A stretch of DNA of 64,000 nucleotides from Actinomycetes bacterium (GCA_025355305.1 JANXZW010000058.1:6332-70331), one strand, 5' to 3'; shown: positions 28,518 to 39,165, numbered from the stretch's first letter. The notes: generated by a model from the letters alone, not told the origin. Made by a program: numbers and translations.

Positions 28518-28973
28518 ATGAGCGAGACCTCACTGAAATTTAAGGAACACTCCCCATGGCCGATCTGGCTCTGGCTCTTTCTTATCTTCCTGGCCGCTTC
28601 TCTCGCGCTTGCCTTCTGGGCTGCCCTCGGAAACCGTTGGGGGGCGATCACGGGATTGCTCCAGCTACTGGGCTTGATCTTTCTCTCGCAACGCAGTGCG
28701 CTAGCGATCGAGGTCACTGGTAGTGAATTGCTGGTTGGTTCTGCGCACATTGAACGAAAATTCTTGGGAAGAGTAGAGGCTCTCACGGCGGATCAAATGC
28801 GCCAGTGGCGTGGACCGCTCTCCGATCCTGCTGGTTACATGGCGCTACGTTTCTGGATCCCAACTGGAGTCAAAATAGAGGTTGTTGATCCGAAAGATCC
28901 AACTCCTTACTGGTTAATTAGCAGCAAAAAAGCGCAGCCACTGTTGGCTGCGCTCTCCAAAAAAGATTTATAA
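28518..28973 (+). CDS. DUF3093 family membrane protein
   Basis: Two N-terminal TM segments and the C-terminal DPKDPTPYWLIS motif. Conserved position next to dut and DUF4193. Confidence 0.65.
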   Translation: MSETSLKFKEHSPWPIWLWLFLIFLAASLALAFWAALGNRWGAITGLLQLLGLIFLSQRSALAIEVTGSELLVGSAHIERKFLGRVEALTADQMRQWRGPLSDPAGYMALRFWIPTGVKIEVVDPKDPTPYWLISSKKAQPLLAALSKKDL

Positions 28974-28977
28974 AAAG

Positions 28978-29274
28978 CTATTCGCAATCCTTACAAACTG
29001 TCTTTGCGCCTTCACCACGAGCGAGTTGCGAGGTGTGATGGACAAGGAAGCAGTGCGAGCAGGTGAACTCATCGGTCTGCTTTGGTACCACTCGAACGGT
29101 CAACTCTTCGCCCGATAGATCTGCGCCTGGAAGTTCTAGGTTCTCCGCAGCATCTTCTTCATCGATATCAACTTGCCCGGACTGAGCATCTGCGCGACGA
29201 GCTTTTAGTTCTTCAAGGGATTCCTCATGAAGTTCTTCATCGGTCTTTCTGGGTGTGTCGTAATCGGTTGCCAT
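28978..29274 (-). CDS. DUF4193 family protein
   Basis: N-terminal MATDYDTPRKTDEE, an acidic centre, and a C-terminal Cys pair CSHC...CKDC. Confidence 0.7.
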   Translation of the reverse strand: MATDYDTPRKTDEELHEESLEELKARRADAQSGQVDIDEEDAAENLELPGADLSGEELTVRVVPKQTDEFTCSHCFLVHHTSQLARGEGAKTVCKDCE

Positions 29275-29475
29275 GGTGCACCTCCTTCACATCATTGTGG
29301 TCAGCTTCGTTCCGCCAGAGTGGCGCAAACTGAACTGCCTGACGGGGCGGATAATGTCTTATAACGCACCTATCTCGCTACTTAACGTTCGGCGTGTCGG
29401 GATTATTCCCTGAATGGCTCTCCATTCCAATAAAAAGCCTGCCTAATCGCGCTCAGATGAGCCTTTAACGCAAAT

Positions 29476-30441
29476 TTATGAGAGGCGAAGTGGTTCCTGC
29501 CCTCGAGCGATCAAACGCTCAAAGTGCAATTCACGCCTATCAACGAAGGTGGCAACATCGCTCGTGCTCTTCTTGATATAGGCGGCCAACTCATCTCGAG
29601 CAACCGCGCCTTCACCCGTTAGAGTTTCAAGTTCAAAGATTCCCCAGGCGCGAAGCACAGGCATGACCACATCTTCTAGGTGAAGCTTCAGGTCATAGAT
29701 ACCAGCAAGTGCGATCTGTACTGACTTGCGACCCCAACCAGGCATGCCAGCACCTGGCATCTGGAAGTGGATCAAGACATCTTTGATCGCACACATCGCT
29801 GCATTCGGTTCTAATTTGATAGCTTCCGCTAGGAGATTGCGATAGAACAACATGTGAAGATTCTCATCCAGTGCGACGCGCGCCAACATGCCTTCGCAGA
29901 TCGGATCATCTGAGATTCGACCCGTGTTGCGGTGTGAAATTCGCGTAGCTAATTCCTGGAAAGTCACATACGCGATCGTATGGAGCATGTCATTGGGATA
30001 TGGTGTTTGATATCCAACTTGCATATGAGCCATGCGAAGATCTTCGAGTTCAATAGGATCTACCCCGCGGGTGGCCATCAAATAATCACGTAAGACGATG
30101 CCGTGACGCGCCTCTTCCGCGGTCCAGCGATTGATCCAAGTATTCCAAGCGCCATCGCGACTCGTCGCAAAGGCGATCTCCGTGTGATAAGACGGCAAAT
30201 TGTCTTCCGTCAATAGATTAAGAATGAGCGAGTCTTGCGCAACTGAGGTGAGTTTTGAATCCTTTGCCTCCCACGCATCTCCATTGAGGGGCCCAGCAAA
30301 GGTGCGACCCTGCGACCAAGGGACATACTCGTGTGGGTACCAGTCTCTAGTTGTTCGAATGTGACGCTCAATCTCGATCGCAACGGCAGGTTCAAGATCG
30401 CGAATCAAACGCGACTGAATCTTTGGATCGATCTGCGCCAT
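29476..30441 (-). CDS. Acyl-ACP desaturase (soluble di-iron, DesA-like)
   Basis: Di-iron EXXH motifs (TAEEARHG; FQELATRISH). The start was moved to ATG 30441, which has AAGGAG 7 nt upstream. Confidence 0.8.
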   Translation of the reverse strand: MAQIDPKIQSRLIRDLEPAVAIEIERHIRTTRDWYPHEYVPWSQGRTFAGPLNGDAWEAKDSKLTSVAQDSLILNLLTEDNLPSYHTEIAFATSRDGAWNTWINRWTAEEARHGIVLRDYLMATRGVDPIELEDLRMAHMQVGYQTPYPNDMLHTIAYVTFQELATRISHRNTGRISDDPICEGMLARVALDENLHMLFYRNLLAEAIKLEPNAAMCAIKDVLIHFQMPGAGMPGWGRKSVQIALAGIYDLKLHLEDVVMPVLRAWGIFELETLTGEGAVARDELAAYIKKSTSDVATFVDRRELHFERLIARGQEPLRLS

Positions 30442-30525
30442 GAATAAACTCCTTTGGAGAGTAGGCCCGGTTAGGGAGACCAAATGTTAATAACTAATAG
30501 CAGAAAGGTACCCCTAAGGTGTGGG

Positions 30526-31236
30526 TTACTCGCTAGTTTGACGGCCCAGCTTTTGCGTTCGAGCCTTTGCCTGCTCCAGACGCCAAGCCTTAATGAGAGC
30601 GTGGTTGCCAGAGAGAAGGACTTCTGGAACCTCTAGCCCACGCCAAGATGCGGGTTTGGTGTAATTAGGGTATTCAACGATCTCATCGGGTAACGAGTGC
30701 GACTCCTCAACAAGAGAGTTTGGATTGCCTAGAACACCCGGGATCAAGCGGATCACCGCCTCCATGATTACTAAAGTTGCAACTTCTCCCCCACCGAGGA
30801 CATAGTCACCAATAGAAATTTCTCGAACCCGAATATTTGGAAGGGTTTGGTAATACTCGCTCACGCGATGATCAATGCCTTCATAGCGACCACAGGCAAA
30901 GATGATGTGCTCAGAGTGCGAAAGCTCAGTCGCGATTTTCTGCGTCAACTTTTCACCAGCGGGGGTCAAGATAATCAGATCATGATGCGCAGCCGATGAA
31001 CCTGCCACCACTTGATCGATTGCCCTACCCCACGGTTCGGGTGACATCACCATTCCTGCGCCGCCGCCATATGGGGTGTCATCCACGCTCTTATGCACGC
31101 CCGCAGCCTTATCACGCAGATCATGAAGAGTGATATCAATCAGCCCTGACTCCTGCGCTTTGCCAATGAGAGAGAGCTTTAACGGGGCAAAGTAATCTGG
31201 AAATATCGAGATAAGGTCAAATGAGAGGCTACTCAT
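30526..31236 (-). CDS. trmD: tRNA (guanine37-N1)-methyltransferase
   Basis: DDTPYGGGAGMVM and CGRYEGIDHRV motifs. Sits in the rimM-trmD gene order. Confidence 0.93.
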   Translation of the reverse strand: MSSLSFDLISIFPDYFAPLKLSLIGKAQESGLIDITLHDLRDKAAGVHKSVDDTPYGGGAGMVMSPEPWGRAIDQVVAGSSAAHHDLIILTPAGEKLTQKIATELSHSEHIIFACGRYEGIDHRVSEYYQTLPNIRVREISIGDYVLGGGEVATLVIMEAVIRLIPGVLGNPNSLVEESHSLPDEIVEYPNYTKPASWRGLEVPEVLLSGNHALIKAWRLEQAKARTQKLGRQTSE

Positions 31237-31768
31237 CGCTCGCCCTCAGTTCATTGGCTTCATGAAGTTCGAGCAATCCCACAGGAGGCAGAACCACAAC
31301 TCTCCGATTTTCAAGATCCACCTCAGGAACAAATTCGGCGATGAATGGAATAAGGATCTCCCCGTGCGCCCCGGAAATTGCCAGCAAGTCCTGCCCGGGA
31401 AGGTTGAGAACATCGGTAAGTTGACCAATCTTTTCGCCATTTTGAAGCACAACCTCGCACCCAATAAGTTGTTGAACGTGATACTCGTCTTCGTACTGCG
31501 CCTCCTCGGTCATATCTACTTCGGCGAGGAGCAAGGTGTCGCGAACCCGTTCAATGGAGGTGCGATCTTTGATTTCAAGAAATTTAAGGAGCAAGATGCC
31601 GTTGTGATCGCGTGCGGATTCGATTGTCAGCGGACCGTGCATTGCCGGGTCAGTCTCTAGGCGATTGCCAACGAGAAAGCGTTCCTCAGGCAGGTCAGTG
31701 CGAATTTCTATTGTGGCTTCACCGAGAACTCCGTGCGCCCGACCAATACGCCCGACGACGAGCAACAT
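31229..31768 (-). CDS. rimM: 16S rRNA processing protein RimM
   Basis: VGRIGRAHGVLGE N-terminus and a PRC barrel C-terminus. Confidence 0.9.
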   Translation of the reverse strand: MLLVVGRIGRAHGVLGEATIEIRTDLPEERFLVGNRLETDPAMHGPLTIESARDHNGILLLKFLEIKDRTSIERVRDTLLLAEVDMTEEAQYEDEYHVQQLIGCEVVLQNGEKIGQLTDVLNLPGQDLLAISGAHGEILIPFIAEFVPEVDLENRRVVVLPPVGLLELHEANELRASDE

Positions 31769-31770
31769 GG

Positions 31771-32010
31771 CTAACGAGCCTCGTCAGCCTCGATGAGATC
31801 TACTCGAACGGAGCGACCAGCAATAGCGCTGATGACAGTGCGAAGAGCGCGTGCGGTTCGGCCATTGCGACCAATTACCTTGCCAATATCTTCTGGATGC
31901 ACGCGCACTTCTAATGTTGTTCCACGACGATGAGTCTTCTCAGTGATGACAACCTCTTCTGGGTTGTCAACAATTCCCTTTACGAGATGTTCGAGAGCCT
32001 CGTCAATCAT
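31771..32010 (-). CDS. KH-domain RNA-binding protein (UPF0109/YlqC)
   Basis: GKVIGRNGRTARALRTV KH motif, located between rpsP and rimM. Confidence 0.85.
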   Translation of the reverse strand: MIDEALEHLVKGIVDNPEEVVITEKTHRRGTTLEVRVHPEDIGKVIGRNGRTARALRTVISAIAGRSVRVDLIEADEAR

Positions 32011-32012
32011 GG

Positions 32013-32579
32013 TTATTCAGCGCTCACTTCTGGAGCTGCATCAGCAGCTGCCTCTTCAACAACAGCGAGAACTTCTTCAACGGCTACCTCTGGCGCAGCG
32101 GGAGGTACGACCGCTTCAACCACTGGTACGACCGCTTCAACTACTGGTGCGGCTTCTTCAACTACTGGTGCATGCTTAGCGGCCAACTTATCGGCTGCCT
32201 TCTTCTTCGCGGTGGTCGCGCCATCTGCTGGCTCATTCATTGCATCCTTTACGGCTGCTTCATAGGCAATGCGCTTATCTGGCTTTGGCTCAGCAAAGCG
32301 CAGAGTTCCCTCGCTCCCGGGAAGACCCTTGAACTTCTGCCAATCGCCAGTGACCTTCAAGATGGCCTCTACCGCCTCTGTAGGTTGCGCGCCAACTCCA
32401 AGCCAGTAGGCAGCACGTTCAGCGTTGACCTGGATGAAAGATGGCTCAGAATTTGGGTTGTAGCGACCGATCTCTTCGATAGCGCGGCTGTCGCGAGCGG
32501 TACGAGCATCTGCAATCACAATACGGTAATGCGGGGTGCGGATCTTTCCGAAACGCATCAACTTAATTTTAACGGCCAC
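32013..32579 (-). CDS. rpsP: 30S ribosomal protein S16 with A/V/E/P-rich C-terminal tail
   Basis: [21 protein letters not shown] at GTG 32579, with AAGGAG upstream. The ORF-track start at 32720 adds a non-homologous extension. Confidence 0.9.
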   Translation of the reverse strand: MAVKIKLMRFGKIRTPHYRIVIADARTARDSRAIEEIGRYNPNSEPSFIQVNAERAAYWLGVGAQPTEAVEAILKVTGDWQKFKGLPGSEGTLRFAEPKPDKRIAYEAAVKDAMNEPADGATTAKKKAADKLAAKHAPVVEEAAPVVEAVVPVVEAVVPPAAPEVAVEEVLAVVEEAAADAAPEVSAE

Positions 32580-32748
32580 GTCTGTGGTTACTCCTTGAAT
32601 GATTCGGTTCAGTTCTCTCGCTGTCAGTGGGAGCGACAGGCGAGAACCAAGCCATATTGGATGGGCTGCAGTTCTAGTGAAGGGGTAGAGGGCCCTTGCA
32701 CAGGTAGCCAATCTTGCCACCTCTAGCCAAACTGGCCAAATTGGGTTT

Positions 32749-34209
32749 TTAGCCCTGCTCAGCCGCCCGCTTAGCAGGGTTTCCCGATTTGGACTTCTTC
32801 TTGGGTGGGAGCTGCTTGTTGATCTTCGGCATCCCCGCTAGCCCTGTCATGCCCGGAATGCCGGGCATGCCGGACATGCCAGGTGGCAGACCCCCACCAT
32901 TTCGCATCTGGCGCATTACCTTTTGAGCCGCGGTAAAGCGGTCAACCAAGTTGTTCACCTCAGAGACCTGACGGCCCGCTCCATTGGCAATGCGAGCTCT
33001 ACGAGTGCCATTTAAAATCTTCACATCGTGGCGCTCGGTGGGAGTCATCGACTGAATAATCGCCTCAGTGCGGACCAATTCGCCGTCATCAATACTTGCT
33101 AGCTGCCTCTTCATCGCCCCGCTATTCATACCGGGCAACATCCCCAGCATCTTCGTCATGGAGCCCATCTTCTTGATAGCCTGCAATTGACTCAGGAAAT
33201 CAATGAGGGTGAAGTCATCTCCACTTGCGAACTTCTCTTCAAATCTCTTGGTGAGATCGGGATCTAACGCAGCCTTCGCTTCTTCCGCGAGAGTCGCGAT
33301 ATCCCCCAATCCCAAAATTCGCGAGGCCATCCGATCGGGATGGAAGAGAGAGAAATCAGCGGGTCTTTCACCGGTGGCCGCAAACATAATTGGTCGGTTG
33401 GTGAGCGAGAGAATCGAAAGTGCGGCGCCACCGCGAGCATCGCCATCTAACTTTGTTAGTACAACTCCATCGAATCCAACGCCTTCTAAGAAGGCCTGAG
33501 CAGTGCGGAGCGCATCTTGTCCCAACATCGCATCAACGACCAGGAGAATCTCATCGGGCTTGAGCGCATCGCGAATCTTTGCTGCCTGTGTCATCAACTC
33601 CGCATCAACGCCTAATCGACCGGCTGTATCAACGATCACAAAATTATGTAATTTATCTTCAGCAAATTTCTTACCCGCCAGGGCAACCTTTACTGGATCC
33701 CCGACTCCATTTCCGGGTTCTGGGGCAAAGACCGGAGTGCCAACGCTTGCTCCTACTTGCTGCAATTGATTAACGGCGTTGGGCCGTTGCAAATCTGCGG
33801 CTACGAGAAGCGGGGTATTGCCTTGATTCTTGAGAAAGAGCGCAAGTTTCCCAGCAAGAGAAGTCTTACCGGCACCTTGCAGTCCGAGCAGCATGATGAC
33901 GGTCGGCGCCTTCTTTGCCATTCGGATTCGACGAGTTTGTCCACCCAAAATCTTTGTAAGTTCAGCGCTAACAATCTCAAAGATTCCGTTGGAGGGATTG
34001 GTGCTCTTGTTGATCTCTTCCAGAGAGGCCAAGGAGAGGCTCTTAATGCTTTCGCTCAATTTATCTGCGACGCTAAGGGCTACGTCAGATTCCACCAGCG
34101 CGGTACGAATCTCGGCCACGATCTCATCGATATCGCCTGGCCCAATTCGGCCGCGAGAGCGCAGGGAGGAGAGAGCCGAGGAGAAGCGTGCGGATAAGGA
34201 GTCGAACAC
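32749..34209 (-). CDS. ffh: Signal recognition particle protein Ffh (SRP54)
   Basis: NG domain GLQGAGKTS and DTAGR, a Met-rich M domain, and a Lys-rich tail. Confidence 0.95.
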   Translation of the reverse strand: MFDSLSARFSSALSSLRSRGRIGPGDIDEIVAEIRTALVESDVALSVADKLSESIKSLSLASLEEINKSTNPSNGIFEIVSAELTKILGGQTRRIRMAKKAPTVIMLLGLQGAGKTSLAGKLALFLKNQGNTPLLVAADLQRPNAVNQLQQVGASVGTPVFAPEPGNGVGDPVKVALAGKKFAEDKLHNFVIVDTAGRLGVDAELMTQAAKIRDALKPDEILLVVDAMLGQDALRTAQAFLEGVGFDGVVLTKLDGDARGGAALSILSLTNRPIMFAATGERPADFSLFHPDRMASRILGLGDIATLAEEAKAALDPDLTKRFEEKFASGDDFTLIDFLSQLQAIKKMGSMTKMLGMLPGMNSGAMKRQLASIDDGELVRTEAIIQSMTPTERHDVKILNGTRRARIANGAGRQVSEVNNLVDRFTAAQKVMRQMRNGGGLPPGMSGMPGIPGMTGLAGMPKINKQLPPKKKSKSGNPAKRAAEQG

Positions 34210-34221
34210 GGGGTAAGGGTA

Positions 34222-36483
34222 CTAGTCCTGCGAACTCAAAATAATCTCCAATTGATTCGCGAGATTGTGCGCTTGATCGTTGGTTAATGGCGCACCATGG
34301 AGATCGGTTACATAGAGCGTGTCGAAGGCTTCAGCTCCCAAAGTCGAAACGATTGCGCCACGAATATCGACTCCGAACTCCGAGATAGCGGAAGCCACGG
34401 TGTAGAGAAGAGCGGGTTGATCGTGCATCCGGACTTCGATGATGGTGGCATCTGTAACAATCTGAGTAATCGCCGAGACGACGGGGGGTGGAACCAAAAT
34501 TCCCGGCCTCCTACGGTAAGAGCGGATGCGCTCTTCAATCCGAATCTGCAGCTCCTGGGTACCAACCAGAGCGCGCTGAATCGCTTCGAGTAGCCCATCG
34601 CGGGAGGGAGTAGGAACATTGACGTCAATATTCACGATCCAATTCATGACCGCAACTCCGCTGACGGTGCGTGTCTTTGCGGAGCGCACATCCAAGCGTG
34701 CCACCGTGAAAACCGCTGCAATGGCTGATAGCAGTCCAACTTGGTCAGGCGAGACAATTTCAATATCAAGAAGATCGCCACGATCAAAGATTTCGAGCGA
34801 GAGTGTTGCCTCGGCAACCTTCGCAAGTTGAGAGCTCGTGAGTTCTGGTTGCGCAGGCGGAGTGACTCCCTTCATCGCCAATAGAGTGCGCTCGACTAAG
34901 TTCGCTACCAGACCTGCTTTCCAATCGCTCCATGCCGTTCTTCCAGTCGCTTCACCGTCGGCAATACTCAGCGCGTGTAGGAGTTCGAGCTCCTCGGCGG
35001 TTGATACAAGTGAAAGTACATATTCAATGGTCTGTGGATCATCGATATCGCGGCGCGTTGCCACTGTCGGAAGTAGAAGATGTTGCAAGACCATTTTTTC
35101 AAGAACCTTGGCGTCTCCTTCAGCGAAGCCCAACCGCCTAGCCAATGGTTCAATTAATTCAGCGCCATACTCTGAATGATCCTTGCCTAGATATCCCTTC
35201 CCAATATCGTGAAAGAGCGCCCCCACCAAGAGCAGATCAGGTCTGTGCACTTCGCGTATCAGCGCGGCAGCGCGGACGGCAACTTCCAACATGTGGCGAT
35301 CAACGGTGTGATGATGCAACACATTTCGCTGTGGCAAGAAGCGCACATGCTCCCACTCTGGAATCCAACGCGCTATCAGCCCTTCCTGGTCTAAGGCCTC
35401 AAAGACAGCAACCATCGCGCTACCGGCACCGATGAATGCGACGAGATCTTCACGGGTTTGGCGCGGCCACGGAGTTGGCAAATCGCGATAATCCTCTGAT
35501 ATTCGCAGAACGCTCTCCAGGGATAACCGAACTCCCCTTTGGGAAGCAAGAGCCGCGGCTCGCAAGCCAATTCCCGGATCAGATGCGATCTCATACCCTT
35601 CAACCACGCTTATCTCGTTGCGATAGCGCTCCAACCCCTTTGCCAGCGGGATACGTTTGCTTCTGCGTAAGGAGATCCTCTGCAAACGCTCTTCGATAGT
35701 TGTCCATGTCATCTGCATGACATAGTCGACGGCGCGCGCCGCCTTAGAAACCTCGAGCATCAAGGCATCGGCGTCCACAAATTCCATCGCCGCTGCGACT
35801 TCATCCTGCTCCGTGAGAAGTAGTTGATCGCGCGAACGTCCCGTGATTCCGTGCAGAGTATCTCTTACGCTTGCGAAGAGCGCTTCTGCCGCGGCCAGGC
35901 GGTCAAGAGTCACCGGCACGAACTCACTCTTAGCTAAGTTGCGAATTGTTGTGATATCGCGCAATCCGCCTCGGGATTCTTTAATGTCAGGCTCCAGGAG
36001 AAAGGCCAGCTCTCCAAAGGTACGACTGCGCTCTGCAATCGTCTCTTGAGCCATGGGTAGGTAGGTACGAATTTTGCGTCGCCATTGTCGCGAAGCATCG
36101 GCGGCCACCGAAGTTGTAAGCGTTTCATTTCCGACGATATGCCTAATATCGAGCAACCCGAATATAACCTTGATATCTGCGCGCGAGACCGCTTTTGTCT
36201 CAGCCCGGGTGCGCACTGAATAGTCGATTTGACGCCCCACGCTCCACAGTGGATTGAGCATCGCTTTAATAAATGGGCTCAAGAATTTCTCGCTTAACCC
36301 CACATGGATAAGGAGGATATCTAGATCAGAGCCGGGCGCTAGCTCGCCACGCCCAAAGCCACCGACAGCGGCGAGAGCAATCTGTCTCTCGGTAATTCCA
36401 GAGATGGCAAGAGCGCCGTGGAAGAGATCAAAAAGTTCGCGATCACTCGCATCTGATCTTTCCCGGCGCTCTCTAGTACCCAT
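34222..36483 (-). CDS. glnD: [Protein-PII] uridylyl/adenylyl-transferase GlnD
   Basis: NTase GGFGRGELAPGSDLDIL, HD domain HDIGKG, and two C-terminal ACT-like domains. Sits in the amt-glnB-glnD order. Confidence 0.9.
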   Translation of the reverse strand: MGTRERRERSDASDRELFDLFHGALAISGITERQIALAAVGGFGRGELAPGSDLDILLIHVGLSEKFLSPFIKAMLNPLWSVGRQIDYSVRTRAETKAVSRADIKVIFGLLDIRHIVGNETLTTSVAADASRQWRRKIRTYLPMAQETIAERSRTFGELAFLLEPDIKESRGGLRDITTIRNLAKSEFVPVTLDRLAAAEALFASVRDTLHGITGRSRDQLLLTEQDEVAAAMEFVDADALMLEVSKAARAVDYVMQMTWTTIEERLQRISLRRSKRIPLAKGLERYRNEISVVEGYEIASDPGIGLRAAALASQRGVRLSLESVLRISEDYRDLPTPWPRQTREDLVAFIGAGSAMVAVFEALDQEGLIARWIPEWEHVRFLPQRNVLHHHTVDRHMLEVAVRAAALIREVHRPDLLLVGALFHDIGKGYLGKDHSEYGAELIEPLARRLGFAEGDAKVLEKMVLQHLLLPTVATRRDIDDPQTIEYVLSLVSTAEELELLHALSIADGEATGRTAWSDWKAGLVANLVERTLLAMKGVTPPAQPELTSSQLAKVAEATLSLEIFDRGDLLDIEIVSPDQVGLLSAIAAVFTVARLDVRSAKTRTVSGVAVMNWIVNIDVNVPTPSRDGLLEAIQRALVGTQELQIRIEERIRSYRRRPGILVPPPVVSAITQIVTDATIIEVRMHDQPALLYTVASAISEFGVDIRGAIVSTLGAEAFDTLYVTDLHGAPLTNDQAHNLANQLEIILSSQD

Positions 36484-36508
36484 ACGAGTAGCCTACTTAA
36501 GCGGTTTG

Positions 36509-36856
<348 letters not shown>

Positions 36857-36864
36857 TTAGTGGA

Positions 36865-38181
36865 TTATTTACTTGAGGTGAAGTTGGAGAGGAAACGAGA
36901 GCCATCGCTAAACGTTGGCGACTCGTAGGCGGTCTCTGCATGCTGTGAGAGATCAAGGCCGGTGGCCTCATCCTCTTCAGAAACACGTAGTCCAATCGTC
37001 TTATCGAGGATTTGCGCCAGGATATAGGTGACGATGAAGGAGTAGGCAACTACTGCTACGACCGCGAGAGCTTGGTGACCCATGAGGGTCCACCCACCCT
37101 TGTAGAAGACGCCATTAGCACCATTAACCATTGCGGTTCCGAAGAGACCGATCAAGAGAGCGCCCAAGATACCGCCGACAAGGTGAACGCCGACCACATC
37201 GAGTGCATCATCAAACTTGAAGATGTTCTTCAGTCCAGTTGCCAAGCAGCAAACCACGCCGGCGGCAATACCGATAACGATCGACCCCATTGGGCTGACG
37301 AAACCACATGCAGGTGTGATTGCGACAAGGCCGGCAACGGCTCCCGATGCGGCACCGAGAGTTGTGGAGTGGCCATCACGAATCTTCTCGGTCAAGATCC
37401 AACCGATAAGTGCGGCACCGGTGGCGGTGTTGGTATTGACAAAGGCATATGCAGAGAGGGTATTAGCAGAGAGAGCCGATCCAGCGTTGAAACCGAACCA
37501 ACCGAACCAGAGTAGACCTGCGCCGAGAAGTACGTATGGAACATTGTGTGGACGCATACGCTCTTTGGGCCAGCCCTTGCGCTTGCCGATAACGAGAATT
37601 ACGGCGAGGGCAGCGGCGCCAGCGTTGGCGTGCACAACAGTTCCGCCAGCGAAATCTTCTGCGCCTTTCTTTGCCAACCAACCGGCTGGGGAGAATACCC
37701 AGTGAGCGACTGGCGCATAAACAAGAATTATCCAGAGAGAAGAGAATGCAACCCAGCTACCGAACTTAAGTCGGTCTGCTGTTGCGCCCGTGATGAGGGC
37801 TGGGGTAATGATGGCGAACATCAATTGGAAGGCAACGAAAACCATTGGAGGAATAGTGAGGGCTAGCCCGGTTGGTTGCATCCAGATGTGATTGAGTCCA
37901 AAGTTCTTCAGATTTCCAATCCAGCCATTTGACCCTTGAAAGGCGAGTGAGTAAACACCAGTGATCCAAAGGATTGAGACCATTCCCATAGTGGCGTAAT
38001 TTTGCGCCAACATACCGAGAACGTTCTTGCCGCGAACCATGCCACCGTAGAAGAAGGCGAGTCCAGGTGTCATAAGAAGGACGAGTGCAGAAGATGCCAG
38101 AATCCACGCAGTATCTGCGTGGTTCGTTGCATCGGTACTTGTAGCCGCTGCGGACACGAGAGCGCCCATTATGAAATGCAT
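36865..38181 (-). CDS. amt: Ammonium transporter (Amt family)
   Basis: Amt signatures DFAGGTVVH and VHLVGGILG, with about 11 TM segments. The start was moved to ATG 38181, which has GGAGA 5 nt upstream. Confidence 0.92.
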   Translation of the reverse strand: MHFIMGALVSAAATSTDATNHADTAWILASSALVLLMTPGLAFFYGGMVRGKNVLGMLAQNYATMGMVSILWITGVYSLAFQGSNGWIGNLKNFGLNHIWMQPTGLALTIPPMVFVAFQLMFAIITPALITGATADRLKFGSWVAFSSLWIILVYAPVAHWVFSPAGWLAKKGAEDFAGGTVVHANAGAAALAVILVIGKRKGWPKERMRPHNVPYVLLGAGLLWFGWFGFNAGSALSANTLSAYAFVNTNTATGAALIGWILTEKIRDGHSTTLGAASGAVAGLVAITPACGFVSPMGSIVIGIAAGVVCCLATGLKNIFKFDDALDVVGVHLVGGILGALLIGLFGTAMVNGANGVFYKGGWTLMGHQALAVVAVVAYSFIVTYILAQILDKTIGLRVSEEDEATGLDLSQHAETAYESPTFSDGSRFLSNFTSSK

Positions 38182-38307
38182 AGATTCTCCATTTTTTATT
38201 TTAAGGTGAGGAGATCTCATCATTGAGAGGTTCGAAGAAAGTGGGCCGACACTGGCACAGACTTTTTCGTCTTACGAACGGCGTTAATTTAACAGAGGAA
38301 TCCCCGA

Positions 38308-39147
38308 TTAGGAACCAAGTAACCCTGAAATGTATGAGTCGGAATCAAAAGGCACGAAATCAGATGCCCCCTCACCCGTTCCAATAAATTTAATTGGGAT
38401 CCCGGTCTCGCGCTCGATAGCCAGTGCAATCCCACCCTTTGCCGACCCATCCATCTTGGTCAGTATTAGTCCTGTGACTCCTACGCTATCCGCGAAATGG
38501 CGTGCCTGAATAATCCCATTTTGTCCCGTTGTAGCATCTACGACAAGCAGAACTTCATCCACTCCCCCGGCCTTCTCAAGTACTCGGTGGATCTTGGCCA
38601 GTTCATCCATCAGGTTGGACTTGGTGTGCAGACGCCCTGCGGTATCCACTATCAGATAGTCAGAACTTCGCTGCTGGGCCTGCTTAGCTGCATCAAAGAC
38701 GACCGCTGCGGGATCACCTTGAAATTTCCCGGCGATGACAGGAACCCCGATTCGCTCCCCCCATGTCTGCAACTGTTCAATCGCCGCGGCCCGAAATGTA
38801 TCTGCGGCCGCGACAACGACGCTCTTCCCACCACCCGTGAGTAAGTGCATCAGTTTTGCAACAGAGGTTGTCTTCCCCGTTCCGTTTACTCCCACCACCA
38901 AGATCATGGTTGGTCGCGATTCCACGAGCACGAGTTCCCTGGAGTTTTTACTCAAAGTCGAGCGAAGGGCTGTGGTAATTGCGGCTTCAACGCCATCGGT
39001 TTTTGATCCTTGGGCAATCGCAATCAACTCATCGCTCAAATTCGCCCCGAGATCTGCTCCGATGAGAGTGGAGCGCAACTCCTGCCAGTCGCTAGCGGAT
39101 ATATTTCCGCCACGAATCTTGGCGAGTATCTTGCTAAAAAGCGCCAT
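38308..39147 (-). CDS. ftsY: SRP receptor FtsY (NG domain only, no acidic A domain)
   Basis: GVNGTGKTTS, DTAGR and TKMDGSAKGG. 279 aa. Confidence 0.92.
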   Translation of the reverse strand: MALFSKILAKIRGGNISASDWQELRSTLIGADLGANLSDELIAIAQGSKTDGVEAAITTALRSTLSKNSRELVLVESRPTMILVVGVNGTGKTTSVAKLMHLLTGGGKSVVVAAADTFRAAAIEQLQTWGERIGVPVIAGKFQGDPAAVVFDAAKQAQQRSSDYLIVDTAGRLHTKSNLMDELAKIHRVLEKAGGVDEVLLVVDATTGQNGIIQARHFADSVGVTGLILTKMDGSAKGGIALAIERETGIPIKFIGTGEGASDFVPFDSDSYISGLLGS

Positions 39148-39165
39148 GAGTATCGCGAGCTAGGG

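Noticed and set aside
32172-32726. 184-aa plus-strand ORF, and the 5' extension of the rpsP ORF (32580-32720)
   Set aside because: The plus ORF is antisense to rpsP. The minus-strand extension upstream of GTG 32579 has no S16 homology, and the real start has its own AAGGAG.
33203-34216. Several plus-strand ORFs of 88-146 aa
   Set aside because: They are antisense to ffh, whose SRP54 motifs are unambiguous.
37012-37705. Two plus-strand ORFs of 160-170 aa
   Set aside because: Both are antisense to the ammonium transporter gene and have low-complexity Pro/Ala/Arg-rich translations.
38224-38307. GGTTCGAAG motif resembling a tRNA T-loop
   Set aside because: The flanking bases do not form a T-stem, acceptor stem or anticodon arm on either strand.
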